Source: Alistipes sp.
Lineage (GTDB): Bacteria; Bacteroidota; Bacteroidia; Bacteroidales; Rikenellaceae
Direction: 5' to 3'
Assembly: GCA_017628735.1 (NCBI GenBank)
Contig: JAGBYO010000136.1
Coordinates: 1 to 60,209, forward strand
Length of the DNA stretch: 60,209 nucleotides
The notes beneath the pieces are model-generated. The model had not been told where the DNA came from. It was given only the letters and a program-made list of their open reading frames with translations, and made no database searches. This document shows positions 48,917 to 59,049 of this stretch, piece by piece. Position 1 is the first letter of the stretch, and each line of letters starts with the position of its first letter. The translations under genes and the position numbers were made by a program.

Positions 48917-50110
48917 ATGAAGAAAATCTTTGTTTTGGCACTCGCAGCTATCTCGGCTATGGGTGCGATGGCTCAGGAGGCAGAGAACGCTCTTGAGTTC
49001 ACCGTTGTGAAGGAGAACCCTATCACAAGCATCAAGAACCAGAACCAGGCAGGTACCTGCTGGTGCTACTCTTCGTTGGCATTTATCGAGTCTGAGCTTT
49101 TGCGTATGGGCAAGGGTGAGTTCGACTTCTCGGAGATGTACCTCGTACACAACACCTACCTCGACCGTGCCGACAAGGCTGTTCGCACCCACGGTGATGT
49201 ATCGTTCTCACAGGGTGGCTCGTTCTACGATGTTATCTACGGTATGGAGGCTTTCGGTCTCGTTCCCGAGGAGGAGATGCGCCCTGGCGTGATGTATGGC
49301 AAGGAGCTCTCTAACCACAACGAGCTCTCGGCTGTTAGCGATGCTGTGGTTGCTGCTATCGCTAAGGGTCGTCACCGCAGCTTGCAGACCGATGCGGAGG
49401 GTATGCCCCTTTGGAAGAAGGCTATCGAGGCTATCCACGACATCTACCTCGGCGTTCGTCCCGAGAAGTTCACCTACAACGGCAAGGAGTATACTCCCAA
49501 GTCGTTCTACGAGGAGTTGGGCTTGAATGCTGACGACTATGTATCGTTGACATCTTACACCCACCACCCCTTCTACGAGTCATTCGTACTCGAGATTCAG
49601 GATAACTGGCGTTGGGCAAAGTCTTACAACTTGCCTATCGACGAGCTTATGCAGGTATTCGACAACGCTATTATGGAGGGCTACACCATCGCATGGGGTA
49701 GCGATGTTTCGGAGAAGGGCTTTACTCGTATGGGTACTGCTGTTCTTCCCGAGGAGGCTACTGGCACCGACCTTCAGGGCTCGGATATGGCAAAGTGGCT
49801 TAACCTCAGCGAGGAGGAGAAGAAGAACACTCCCAAGCCCACAACACAGCGTTGGGTATCGCAGGAGGAGCGTCAGTTGGCATACGACAACTGGGAGACC
49901 ACCGATGACCACGGCATGCAGATTTATGGTATCGCTAAGGACCAGAACGGCACCGAGTACTACATGGTAAAGAACTCATGGGGCGAGGCTGGCACTTACA
50001 AAGGTATCTGGTACGCATCTAAGGCGTTTGTTCGCTACAAGACTATGAACATCATCGTTCACAAGGATGCGCTTCCCAAGGATATTAAGAAGAAGCTTGG
50101 CTTGAAGTAA
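48917..50110 (+). CDS. Secreted C1B cysteine aminopeptidase (PepC-like)
   Basis: Signal peptide; QNQAGTCW, DDHGM, KNSWG. Confidence 0.9.
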   Translation: MKKIFVLALAAISAMGAMAQEAENALEFTVVKENPITSIKNQNQAGTCWCYSSLAFIESELLRMGKGEFDFSEMYLVHNTYLDRADKAVRTHGDVSFSQGGSFYDVIYGMEAFGLVPEEEMRPGVMYGKELSNHNELSAVSDAVVAAIAKGRHRSLQTDAEGMPLWKKAIEAIHDIYLGVRPEKFTYNGKEYTPKSFYEELGLNADDYVSLTSYTHHPFYESFVLEIQDNWRWAKSYNLPIDELMQVFDNAIMEGYTIAWGSDVSEKGFTRMGTAVLPEEATGTDLQGSDMAKWLNLSEEEKKNTPKPTTQRWVSQEERQLAYDNWETTDDHGMQIYGIAKDQNGTEYYMVKNSWGEAGTYKGIWYASKAFVRYKTMNIIVHKDALPKDIKKKLGLK

Positions 50111-50119
50111 GCAGTTAAC

Positions 50120-50371
50120 AACCACCCTTCGGGGTGGTTTTTTTTGTTTTTAGTTTTTAGCTATTAGTTGTTAGAGTGCGCTCGGAACGAGCGCAGAGCA
50201 TTCGCTCTGATGGGTAAAAGGGTTCTAAGGGGTAACAGAGGCCAACGGCCGAGCGCTAATAAAGCGCTTCCTAGAAGCGCAACCCCTTGTGCCACTCTGA
50301 ACCCTCAGACCCCTCTGCGATAGCAGGCGCTCCAACGGAGCGCAGCTCTAACAACTAAAAACTAATAACTT
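50120..50371. repeat. Terminator plus heptamer-armed multi-hairpin element
   Basis: AACCACCC-TTCG-GGGTGGTT; arms TAGTTGTTAGAG / CTCTAACAACTA; several short internal hairpins, many GCGC-based. Confidence 0.7.
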
Positions 50372-50372
50372 A

Positions 50373-50404
50373 TTTGCCGTTTTCGGGAAAAATTATTAAC
50401 TTTG
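50373..50404 (+). promoter_or_regulatory. metG promoter
   Basis: TTTG, 20-nt spacer, TAACTTTG. Confidence 0.7.
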
Positions 50405-50494
50405 TTTCGTATTGTGCGCAGGGGCGTAGCATACACTATGCTTACTTGCGAAGCATCAACGACTTAAGAGAAAATTAAAAGAATACAATAAAGA

Positions 50495-52537
50495 ATGAGT
50501 AAGGAGTACAAGCGTTATCTTATCACCTCGGCACTACCCTATGCCAATGGTCCCGTGCATATCGGACACCTCGCTGGCGTATATGTGCCGTCGGATATCT
50601 ACACCCGTTATCTTCGCCTCAAAGGCTACGATGTTATCTCGGTATGCGGTAGCGATGAGCACGGCGTGCCCATCACAATCAAGGCCCGCAAGGAGGGTAT
50701 CACACCCCAGCAGGTTGTAGACCGTTACCACGCAATCATCGAGAAGTCGTTCCGCCGTCTCGGCATGTCGTTCGACATCTACTCGCGTACATCATCGCCC
50801 ACACACCGCGTAACAGCCTCGGAGTTCTTCCGCAAGCTCTATGACGAGGGTAAGTTTATCGAGCAGTCGTCGATGCAGTACTACGACGAGGAGGCACAGA
50901 CCTTCCTCGCCGACCGCTACATCGTCGGCACCTGCCCCCACTGCCAGAACGAGAAGGCATATGGCGACCAGTGCGAGAAGTGTGGCTCAACGCTCTCGCC
51001 CGACGAGTTGCTCAACCCCAAGAGTGCCGTATCGGGTGCTGTGCCCGTGAAGCGCGAGACAAAGCACTGGTACTTGCCTCTGGATAAGTACGAGGGTTTC
51101 CTTCGTGAGTGGATTCTGGAGGGTCACAAGGAGTGGAAGTCGAATGTCTATGGTCAGTGCAAGAGCTGGCTCGACCTCGGTCTTCAGCCCCGTGCCGTAA
51201 GCCGTGATTTGGACTGGGGTATCCCCGTACCTGTGGAGGGTGCAGATGGCAAGGTGCTCTATGTATGGTTCGATGCTCCTATCGGCTATATCTCTGCTAC
51301 TAAGGACCTTACACCCGACTGGGAGAAGTATTGGAAGTCCGAAGATACCAAGATGGTACACTTCATTGGCAAGGACAACATCGTCTTCCACTGCATCGTC
51401 TTCCCCTCGATGTTGAAGGCTCACGGCGACTATATCCTACCGGAGAATGTCCCCGCCAACGAGTTCCTTAACTTGGAGGGCGACAAGATTTCGACCTCGC
51501 AGAACTGGGCTGTATGGCTCCACGAGTACCTCGACGAGTTCCCTGGCAAGGAGGATGTATTGCGCTATGTACTCTGCGCCAATGCCCCCGAGACAAAGGA
51601 TAACGACTTCACTTGGAAGGACTTCCAGGCACGCAACAACTCGGAGCTTGTTGCCGTGTTGGGCAACTTCGTAAACCGCGCCTTGGTGCTTACCAAGAAG
51701 TACTACGACGGCATCGTTCCCGAGCGTGGCATACTCACCGACTACGATGAGGCAACCATCGAGGAGATGCAGCAGATTAAGGCGTCGTTGGAGCGCAATA
51801 TCGAGCACTACCACTTCCGCGAGGCGTTGAAGGATGCTATGAACTTCGCGCGTATCGGCAATAAGTACTTGGCTGACACCGAGCCTTGGAAGGTTATCAA
51901 GACTGACCCCGAGCGCGTTAAGACCATTCTTAATATCGCATTGCAGATTACCGCCAACACCGCTATCGCCATCGAGCCCTTTATGCCCTTCTCGGCAGAG
52001 AAGATGCTCAAGATGCTCGCTGTCGACAAGTTTGGTTGGGAGCAGATGGGCTCTATGGAGCTTATTGAGGCGGGTCACGCCATTGGCGAGGCACAGCTCC
52101 TCTTCGAGAAGATTGAGGACGATGTAATTCAGGCACAGCTCGACAAGCTCGCAGCAGCTCGCCAGGCTAAGCTTGCCGCCGAGGCAGAGAAAAATGTCAA
52201 GGAGCAGAAGGAGGAGGTGTCGTTCGACGACTTCCAGCGAATGGATATCCGCGTATCGACAATCCTCGAGGCAGAGAAGGTGGCAAAGACCAAGAAGCTC
52301 TTGAAGCTCACCATCGATACAGGCATTGACAAGCGCACTATCGTGTCGGGCATCGCCGAGTACTACACCCCCGAGCAGTTGGTGGGTCGTCAGGTGTTGG
52401 TGCTTGCCAACCTCGCACCTCGCGAGATTAAGGGTATCGAGTCACGCGGTATGATTCTTATGGCCGAGGATGCTTTGGGTCGCCTTGTGTTGCTCCAGCC
52501 CGAGGATAAGACTATGGCGGGCGCTATGGTAGGCTAA
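50495..52537 (+). CDS. metG: Methionine--tRNA ligase
   Basis: ALPYANG..HIGH, KISTS, Zn knuckle, C-terminal tRNA-binding OB domain. Confidence 0.97.
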   Translation: MSKEYKRYLITSALPYANGPVHIGHLAGVYVPSDIYTRYLRLKGYDVISVCGSDEHGVPITIKARKEGITPQQVVDRYHAIIEKSFRRLGMSFDIYSRTSSPTHRVTASEFFRKLYDEGKFIEQSSMQYYDEEAQTFLADRYIVGTCPHCQNEKAYGDQCEKCGSTLSPDELLNPKSAVSGAVPVKRETKHWYLPLDKYEGFLREWILEGHKEWKSNVYGQCKSWLDLGLQPRAVSRDLDWGIPVPVEGADGKVLYVWFDAPIGYISATKDLTPDWEKYWKSEDTKMVHFIGKDNIVFHCIVFPSMLKAHGDYILPENVPANEFLNLEGDKISTSQNWAVWLHEYLDEFPGKEDVLRYVLCANAPETKDNDFTWKDFQARNNSELVAVLGNFVNRALVLTKKYYDGIVPERGILTDYDEATIEEMQQIKASLERNIEHYHFREALKDAMNFARIGNKYLADTEPWKVIKTDPERVKTILNIALQITANTAIAIEPFMPFSAEKMLKMLAVDKFGWEQMGSMELIEAGHAIGEAQLLFEKIEDDVIQAQLDKLAAARQAKLAAEAEKNVKEQKEEVSFDDFQRMDIRVSTILEAEKVAKTKKLLKLTIDTGIDKRTIVSGIAEYYTPEQLVGRQVLVLANLAPREIKGIESRGMILMAEDALGRLVLLQPEDKTMAGAMVG

Positions 52538-52605
52538 CAAATTGATAATCAAGGGTTTAACTTAAAACAACCTAAAAATATAACCAAAAACTTAAACAAA
52601 CAATT

Positions 52606-53619
52606 ATGGAAAACATTAAATGGGGAGAGCTTGGTTTTGCTTACTACAAGACCGCTTTCAATGTTCGTTACCACTATGCTAACGGTCAGTGGAGCCAGAT
52701 GCAGGTTACCGACGATGAGTACATCAAGATGCATATGTCTGCAGCTTGCTTGCACTATGGTTTGGAGATCTTCGAGGGCTTGAAGGCCTTCCGTGGTGTT
52801 GATGGTAAGGTACGCTTGTTCCGTCCCGACGAGAACGCTAAGCGTATGATTAACTCAGCTAACCGTCTCTGCTTGCCCGCACCTACTGTTGAGCAGTTTG
52901 TTGAGGGTTGCGTAGAGTGTGTTAAGCGCAACACTGAGTTTATTCCTCCCTACGAGACTGGTGCATCGCTCTACTTGCGTCCTACCCTTCTCGGTACAAA
53001 GACTTGTCTTGGTGTTCGTGCCGTAGACGAGGCTGATCTTATCATCTTCTGCGCACCCGTAGGTCCCTACTTCAAGGGTGGTATGTCGGCTATCAAGGCC
53101 CTCATTATGCGTGATCAGGACCGTGCTGCACCGCGTGGTACAGGTGATGTAAAGGTTGGTGGTAACTACGCTTCATCTATCTGGTCTTTGGAGGCTGCTC
53201 ACCAGAAGGGCTTCTCTAATGTATTGTATCTCGATGCTGCAACCCACTCAAAGGTTGAGGAGTTTGGTGCTGCAAACTTCTTCGGTATCAAGAACAACAC
53301 CTATGTAACTCCCAAGTCACTCTCTATCCTTCCCTCAATCACCAACAAGAGCCTTCGTCAGATTGCTCAGGATCTCGGTCTTACTGTTGAGGAGCGTGAT
53401 ATCCCCGTTGAGGAGCTCGCTACATTTGAGGAGGCAGGTGCTTGCGGTACTGCAGCTGTTATCTCGCCCATCGGCGCTTTGTACGACCTTGACAACAATA
53501 TTACCTACGACTATGGTATGAAGGTTGGCGAGACTTGCAAGAAGATGTACGACCACTTGCAGGGCATCCAGTACGGCCGTGTAGAGGATATTCACAACTG
53601 GAATGTAGTTGTTGAGTAA
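52606..53619 (+). CDS. ilvE: Branched-chain amino acid aminotransferase
   Basis: LHYG..FEGLKA, LYLRP, KVGGNYA, EEFGAAN, CGTAA. Confidence 0.95.
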   Translation: MENIKWGELGFAYYKTAFNVRYHYANGQWSQMQVTDDEYIKMHMSAACLHYGLEIFEGLKAFRGVDGKVRLFRPDENAKRMINSANRLCLPAPTVEQFVEGCVECVKRNTEFIPPYETGASLYLRPTLLGTKTCLGVRAVDEADLIIFCAPVGPYFKGGMSAIKALIMRDQDRAAPRGTGDVKVGGNYASSIWSLEAAHQKGFSNVLYLDAATHSKVEEFGAANFFGIKNNTYVTPKSLSILPSITNKSLRQIAQDLGLTVEERDIPVEELATFEEAGACGTAAVISPIGALYDLDNNITYDYGMKVGETCKKMYDHLQGIQYGRVEDIHNWNVVVE

Positions 53620-53639
53620 TAACTCTGCAAGGATTATAA

Positions 53640-53821
53640 AAAAAGACCACCGTTTTGGTGGTCTTTTTTGTTAGTTGTTAGTTATTAGATCTTAGTTTTT
53701 AGGGTATATTTAAGACCATTAGGACTAAAAGACCTTAAGACCATAAGAATAATTTCCTAATGTCTTATCGTCTTACTTGTCATATCGTCTTCTAATTACT
53801 AAAAACTAATAACTAACAACT
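53640..53821. repeat. Terminator plus heptamer/nonamer inverted repeat module
   Basis: AAAAAGACCACC / GGTGGTCTTTTT, (TAGTTRT)n, TTAAGACCA-type 9-mers, inverted right arm. Confidence 0.7.
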
Positions 53822-53830
53822 CAAAAAAAG

Positions 53831-53846
53831 TGTTCCACGGGGAACA
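53831..53846. promoter_or_regulatory. parS-like centromere site, also a bidirectional terminator hairpin
   Basis: TGTTCCACGGGGAACA, one mismatch to TGTTCCACGTGGAACA; just downstream of mnmG. Confidence 0.65.
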
Positions 53847-53856
53847 CTTTTTTTAT

Positions 53857-55740
53857 TTATCGGCCGAATTTAACTAATAAAACATTGATATCAGCAGGCG
53901 AGACACCCGGTATTCGTGATGCTTGACCAATAGTCGTGTGTCGAATACGGGTCAATTTCTGACGAGCCTCTATAGTTAGCGACTGCATTGCATTGAAATC
54001 GAAATCATCGGGGATAGCAATATTCTCCAACCTATGTAGCTTATCAGCAAAGAAACGCTCACGCTCGATATAGCCACGATACTTAATTTGTATCTCCGTC
54101 TGTTCGATAACCTCGGCAGACAACTCCTCTTTTTCGACAAAATTCTTTAAGCGAGGTACTGCCTCGATAAGACCTCGGAGTGTTACCCCACTTCGCAAAA
54201 CGATGTCATAAAGCTTGCGACCTTGCGTCAAAGGCTCTTCTCCGACCGAAATTAAATAGCTGTCAATTTCGCCTATTTTGACCGACTGCTTGCGTAGGAA
54301 AGAAATAAGCGATTCTACAGAAGATGATTTTTTGAGTAAATTGTCGTATTTCTCATCCGAAACAAGACCAATTTCGTGACCAAGAGGTGTCAATCTTGCA
54401 TCGGCATTATCTTGACGGAGCAAGATGCGATACTCGGCACGCGAGGTAAACATACGATAAGGCTCATCGACACCCTTAGTTACAAGGTCATCAATCAGCA
54501 CACCGATATATGCCTCGTCGCGCTTTAAGACAATAGGCTCAAGGTTGTGCAACGAACGGTGAGCATTGATGCCCGCCATAAGACCTTGCGCTGCTGCCTC
54601 CTCATAGCCCGTGGTGCCATTGACCTGACCTGCGAAGTAGAGACCATCAACAAGCTTTGTTTCGAGCGAGTGGCGTAACTGCGTGGGTGGGAAGTAGTCG
54701 TACTCGATAGCATAGCCAGGGCGGTAAACATGCACATCCTCCAAACCCGAAATCTTACGCAACGCCTCCAACTGTATCTCGTATGGCAATGACGAAGAGA
54801 AGCCATTGAGGTAATACTCATTGGTAGACCTTCCCTCTGGCTCCAAGAAGAGCTGATGTTGCTCCTTATCGGCGAATGTTCTGAGCTTATCTTCGATGCT
54901 CGGACAGTACCTCGGACCGATACCCGATATTGTTCCGTTGAACAATGGCGAACGGTCGAAACCCTCACGCAAGGTGTCGTGTACCTCTTTTGAGGTATAG
55001 ACCATAAAGCAAGGTAGTTGATGATTAACCACTTGAGTATCAGGGTCGTATGAGAATTTAGAAGGTTCCATATCGCCCTCTTGAACCTCCAAAGCATCGA
55101 AGTTTATGGTGCGGGCATCCAATCGTGCAGGCGTTCCAGTCTTCATTCTTCCGCTCTCGAAGCCGAGCGAAACGAGTTGCTCGGTAATGCCGTGCGAAGC
55201 TTCATCGCCCGCACGACCACCCTCTGCCGAGTTTGTTCCACAGTGCATCAGGCCACCGAGGAAAGTACCCGCAGTGAGCACTACCCTACGGCACTCAATC
55301 TCCACTCCCATTCGCGTTTTAACGCCCCTTACAGCGACTTTCTCCCCCGAGTGGTCGAGGAGTATCTCCGTGACGGAATCCTGCCACAAATAGAGGTTTC
55401 TGGTGTTTTCCAAAGTGCGTCGCCAAAGGCGCGAGAACTCCGACTTATCGCACTGCGCACGGGGACTCCACATAGCAGCACCCTTGGAGCGATTGAGCAT
55501 ACGGAATTGAATGGCGCTCTGGTCGGTTATTCTTCCCATCTGACCGCCAAGAGCATCTATCTCTCTCACTATCTGACCTTTAGCCACACCGCCTACAGCG
55601 GGGTTACACGACATAGAGGCTATCTTCTCCATATCGATAGTGATAAGCAGAGTGCGTGAGCCAAGACGAGCCGCCGCCGAGGCAGCCTCAGCACCAGCAT
55701 GGCCAGCACCCACAACAACTATGTCGTAACTGAGCTTCAT
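53857..55740 (-). CDS. mnmG: tRNA modification enzyme MnmG (GidA)
   Basis: GAGHAG, MSCNPAVGG, GPRYCPSIEDK, GQVNGTTGYEEAA; ATG 55740 preferred. Confidence 0.97.
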   Translation of the reverse strand: MKLSYDIVVVGAGHAGAEAASAAARLGSRTLLITIDMEKIASMSCNPAVGGVAKGQIVREIDALGGQMGRITDQSAIQFRMLNRSKGAAMWSPRAQCDKSEFSRLWRRTLENTRNLYLWQDSVTEILLDHSGEKVAVRGVKTRMGVEIECRRVVLTAGTFLGGLMHCGTNSAEGGRAGDEASHGITEQLVSLGFESGRMKTGTPARLDARTINFDALEVQEGDMEPSKFSYDPDTQVVNHQLPCFMVYTSKEVHDTLREGFDRSPLFNGTISGIGPRYCPSIEDKLRTFADKEQHQLFLEPEGRSTNEYYLNGFSSSLPYEIQLEALRKISGLEDVHVYRPGYAIEYDYFPPTQLRHSLETKLVDGLYFAGQVNGTTGYEEAAAQGLMAGINAHRSLHNLEPIVLKRDEAYIGVLIDDLVTKGVDEPYRMFTSRAEYRILLRQDNADARLTPLGHEIGLVSDEKYDNLLKKSSSVESLISFLRKQSVKIGEIDSYLISVGEEPLTQGRKLYDIVLRSGVTLRGLIEAVPRLKNFVEKEELSAEVIEQTEIQIKYRGYIERERFFADKLHRLENIAIPDDFDFNAMQSLTIEARQKLTRIRHTTIGQASRIPGVSPADINVLLVKFGR

Positions 55741-56171
55741 AGCATTTCGTGAAGTAGTTTTAGGTAGCGATTCTCCATACGGCGCATATTCTTCTCTGCC
55801 CAAGGCGTCTTATCCTTATGGCCACATAGATGTAGCGCTCCGTGAACAACAACACGGCGCATCTCATTGATAGGCAATGCGTTATACATAGGAGCATTAT
55901 CTGTAACAGTATCTACATCGATATATACCTCACCCTCGACGATGCCCTCGCCTACCCTACTTTCACGGTTTTCGAATGTGATAGCATCTGTAAAGTAGTC
56001 GTGACCCAAGTAGTCACGATTCATCTGTCGGTGGAAGTCCGACGAGCAGAAGATATAGTTGATTTCGCCCGCCTTGTAGCCCTCCATTTCGATGACCTTT
56101 TCGATCCATCTACGGAGAACTAATCGTTTGGTAGGCAGATAGTTAGTGCCTTCGTTAAAGAAATGTATCAT
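55737..56171 (-). CDS. ybeY: Endoribonuclease YbeY
   Basis: NRDYLGHDYFTD, RVVVHGALHLCG. Confidence 0.92.
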   Translation of the reverse strand: MIHFFNEGTNYLPTKRLVLRRWIEKVIEMEGYKAGEINYIFCSSDFHRQMNRDYLGHDYFTDAITFENRESRVGEGIVEGEVYIDVDTVTDNAPMYNALPINEMRRVVVHGALHLCGHKDKTPWAEKNMRRMENRYLKLLHEML

Positions 56172-56177
56172 ACTACC

Positions 56178-57308
56178 CTACTTCTTAAAACAATCCATCA
56201 CCGACATACGCTTGTTGCTATCGGCGTGGTTAATCATAAACTGCATATAGGCGCTCTCCTTGCCCGTGTGGTCGATGCCGATGCCTATAGTGCCTATCTT
56301 TTGGTCGCGCTTAACGGTCTGGTTCTCCTTTACCGACACCGAGCCGAGGTGGGTATAGACGGAGATATATTGACCGTGGGCGATAAATACCATACTATGG
56401 TTGGTGTTATCCTTCGATATGCGGATAACCTTACCCTCATATATAGAGCGCACATCGGAGCCTCGCTTGCCCGTGATGGTCGCCATATTGCCTTGTGCCT
56501 TACTTACCGAGCCACCCACTACGGGGAGATTTAGCGCCTTTGTCTTGTCCGAGAACGAGCTACCGGCAGTATTTCCCTCGGTGAGCTTTCGAAGCTCTGC
56601 AATGGCGCTATTTAGCCTCTTTTGCTGCTGTTGCTGGTTGTTGAGTGCCTTACGCTCGGCAGATGATAGGTTGTTGTAGGTGCGCTGTGCCTCCTTCTTA
56701 TCCTCTGCCAACGATGCTCGCTCCTTTTCCAACGACATCGTTATAGAGTCCAACTCGTGGCGACGGGTTGCCAAGCGCTCTCTTTCGATGCCCAACTCCT
56801 CCTCCTGCCGTGCTATCTCCTCAGCAAGCGCCTTACGGCTATCTGCGAGGTGCTGTACCTGCGCCATACGGCGTGATGCATCGGAGATACCTTCGGAAGA
56901 AAAGAGGTAGTTGGTGGCGGTATTCTGCCGATAACTGCGATATGCAGCACGCACAGCCTCGCCATATATTGCGCGGTTGCGGTCGAGAGCCTGTTGCAAT
57001 GAGTCGGCAAGGTGGTCTACCATGGCGATATCCTCCTTTACAAGGTCCTTCTCGCGCTCTGTCTCGGCTATATAGTTATTGCGCAAGTTCATCTGTCGGT
57101 TAAGTGCCTTGACACGCTCCGATGCCGAACTCTTCTCTTTTTTGAGCTTCGACACCTCGCTCTTCGCCTTCTCCAAGTCCTTGCGGTACTGCTCCACCTT
57201 CTGCCGCTGCTCCTCAACCTTTTTGGTCGATTGCGCAGAAAGGAGTAGTGGGGTAGTGGTGAGTGCCACAACCATCAACAAACGCAATATATTATTTAAC
57301 ATCTTCAC
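56178..57308 (-). CDS. EnvC-like murein hydrolase activator (coiled coil plus degenerate M23)
   Basis: Signal peptide, long coiled coil, LPV.G, H..YISVY..L..V.V. Confidence 0.82.
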   Translation of the reverse strand: MKMLNNILRLLMVVALTTTPLLLSAQSTKKVEEQRQKVEQYRKDLEKAKSEVSKLKKEKSSASERVKALNRQMNLRNNYIAETEREKDLVKEDIAMVDHLADSLQQALDRNRAIYGEAVRAAYRSYRQNTATNYLFSSEGISDASRRMAQVQHLADSRKALAEEIARQEEELGIERERLATRRHELDSITMSLEKERASLAEDKKEAQRTYNNLSSAERKALNNQQQQQKRLNSAIAELRKLTEGNTAGSSFSDKTKALNLPVVGGSVSKAQGNMATITGKRGSDVRSIYEGKVIRISKDNTNHSMVFIAHGQYISVYTHLGSVSVKENQTVKRDQKIGTIGIGIDHTGKESAYMQFMINHADSNKRMSVMDCFKK

Positions 57309-59040
57309 TCTTTAGTTCGTTTATATGTTTCTCCATTGTAGCCTTGTCGTAGCCCTTGTCAATGGCCTTCTTCCAGTAGGTTTCGGCCATAAACTTCTCG
57401 CCCAACGCCCACAATATATCGCCATAGTGTGCCAAGAGGTCGGCATCGCGCTGACCATCGAGCGACAAGGCACGAAGCATCAACTTCTTAGCCTCGTCGT
57501 AGCGCCCCATCTTATAGAGCACCCAAGCACAAGTGTCGATATATGTAGCATTACCCGAATCGAGCGACATAGCCAGATGTGCCATCGTAAGCGCCTTATC
57601 CAAACCACGACCCGTAAGCGAAAGGTAGTAGGCGTAGTTGTTCAACACAGGGATATTATTCTCGTCGTAGTGCAAGGCATCGTAGTAGGCTCTGAAGCAC
57701 TTCATATCCTTGCCCTGCTCGTGATATATATCGCCGATATAGCCCAAATACTGACTACGCAACTTGTTATCCTCCAACTTTTTAGCACGCTTTACGCCCT
57801 GCTTAAAGATTTTCAGCGCTTTGCTGTACTCCTCCGTCTCGGTATAGTAAAAACCCTTAAACGAGAGTAGGGTATCGTTGCCCTTAAACCTTGCTGTAGC
57901 CCTATCCAACATTGCCACAATCTCGGCATCGCTCTTCTCCAAGAACATCATATATTGCAGCAACATAATATAGTCGTCAGCCGTTGCCGACTCATCATCT
58001 ATATGGCGCAACATATAGTCGTACGCCTCATCCGTAGCGCCACCACCGATAAGGTGCATAGCGTATGCATTTACGAAGTTGCGGTTAGTGGGGTAGTCCA
58101 TCGTAAGACCTACGATAATAGAGCCAAGGCGGAAGTAGTTGTCACGATAGAACTCCGTATTGCCAGTATACTGCTCCAATCGTCGCTCCTTATCCTTAAC
58201 CGGCGCTCGCTTATCCTTAAACAATAGCTCCTCATAGTCGAGCATCTTACGCCAGTTGCCCACTCTATTGTAGTAGTCAGCAACCTCGGCAAGAGTCGAT
58301 AGGTTGGTGGTGTCGATACGATAGGCACGAAGATATGTAGCCTCTGCCAACGAATCCTGGCGTGACACCTCATAAGCCTCGGCTAAAGCCAAGTGATTTT
58401 CAACACTATAAGGGCTCTCCTCGCACAATCTTTCTCCCTCCTCAATGGCTCGCTTATATTGGTGAGTATCAAGCAGTAAGCTCTGTTTCATAGCACCCAA
58501 GAAAGGGTGACGACCAAGGCGCAACTCGGCACTATCCAAGATAGCAATCGCACTATAGGGCATTCGCTGCACACCATACAAAAGTGCCAAGGCGTGATAG
58601 GTTGAGAGCTCCTTGTTATCCAACACCAACAAACGACGATAGATAGGCAACGCCTCACTATAGTTGCCCGAGGTGATAAGCATCGAACCATAGTTCTGGG
58701 CATACCACTTATTCGAGCTATCTGCCTCGTATGCTCGGCGTGCATACTCCTTGCTCTTATCACGGTTTCTGCTATCCGTAATACTCAAATAGTAGAGAGC
58801 AGGGGAGTAGGTGGAATCCTCTGCGATAAGTTCGCTCCATAGTTGGCGTGCTGCGACTGTATCTCGCTCGATAGATAATCGCTTTACGGCATCCGAGTGC
58901 CGATATGTTCGGCGCTGTCGCTCAGGCACGCTGTCGCAAACGGCATCTGCTGGCGAAGAGCAAAACTCCTGACCAAATGCAAATGCCGTAACGAATGACA
59001 ACACAATGGTCGCCAACAATATTTTACTAATTTTTCGCAA
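57292..59040 (-). CDS. Secreted TPR-repeat protein
   Basis: Signal peptide; LNNYAYYLS, YIDTCAWVLYKMG, HYGDILW. Confidence 0.85.
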   Translation of the reverse strand: MRKISKILLATIVLSFVTAFAFGQEFCSSPADAVCDSVPERQRRTYRHSDAVKRLSIERDTVAARQLWSELIAEDSTYSPALYYLSITDSRNRDKSKEYARRAYEADSSNKWYAQNYGSMLITSGNYSEALPIYRRLLVLDNKELSTYHALALLYGVQRMPYSAIAILDSAELRLGRHPFLGAMKQSLLLDTHQYKRAIEEGERLCEESPYSVENHLALAEAYEVSRQDSLAEATYLRAYRIDTTNLSTLAEVADYYNRVGNWRKMLDYEELLFKDKRAPVKDKERRLEQYTGNTEFYRDNYFRLGSIIVGLTMDYPTNRNFVNAYAMHLIGGGATDEAYDYMLRHIDDESATADDYIMLLQYMMFLEKSDAEIVAMLDRATARFKGNDTLLSFKGFYYTETEEYSKALKIFKQGVKRAKKLEDNKLRSQYLGYIGDIYHEQGKDMKCFRAYYDALHYDENNIPVLNNYAYYLSLTGRGLDKALTMAHLAMSLDSGNATYIDTCAWVLYKMGRYDEAKKLMLRALSLDGQRDADLLAHYGDILWALGEKFMAETYWKKAIDKGYDKATMEKHINELKSEDVK

Positions 59041-59049
59041 AGTTAATCT

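Noticed and set aside
50405-50494. T-box or SAM riboswitch upstream of metG
   Set aside because: The leader is only ~85 nt and lacks the consensus elements I can recognise
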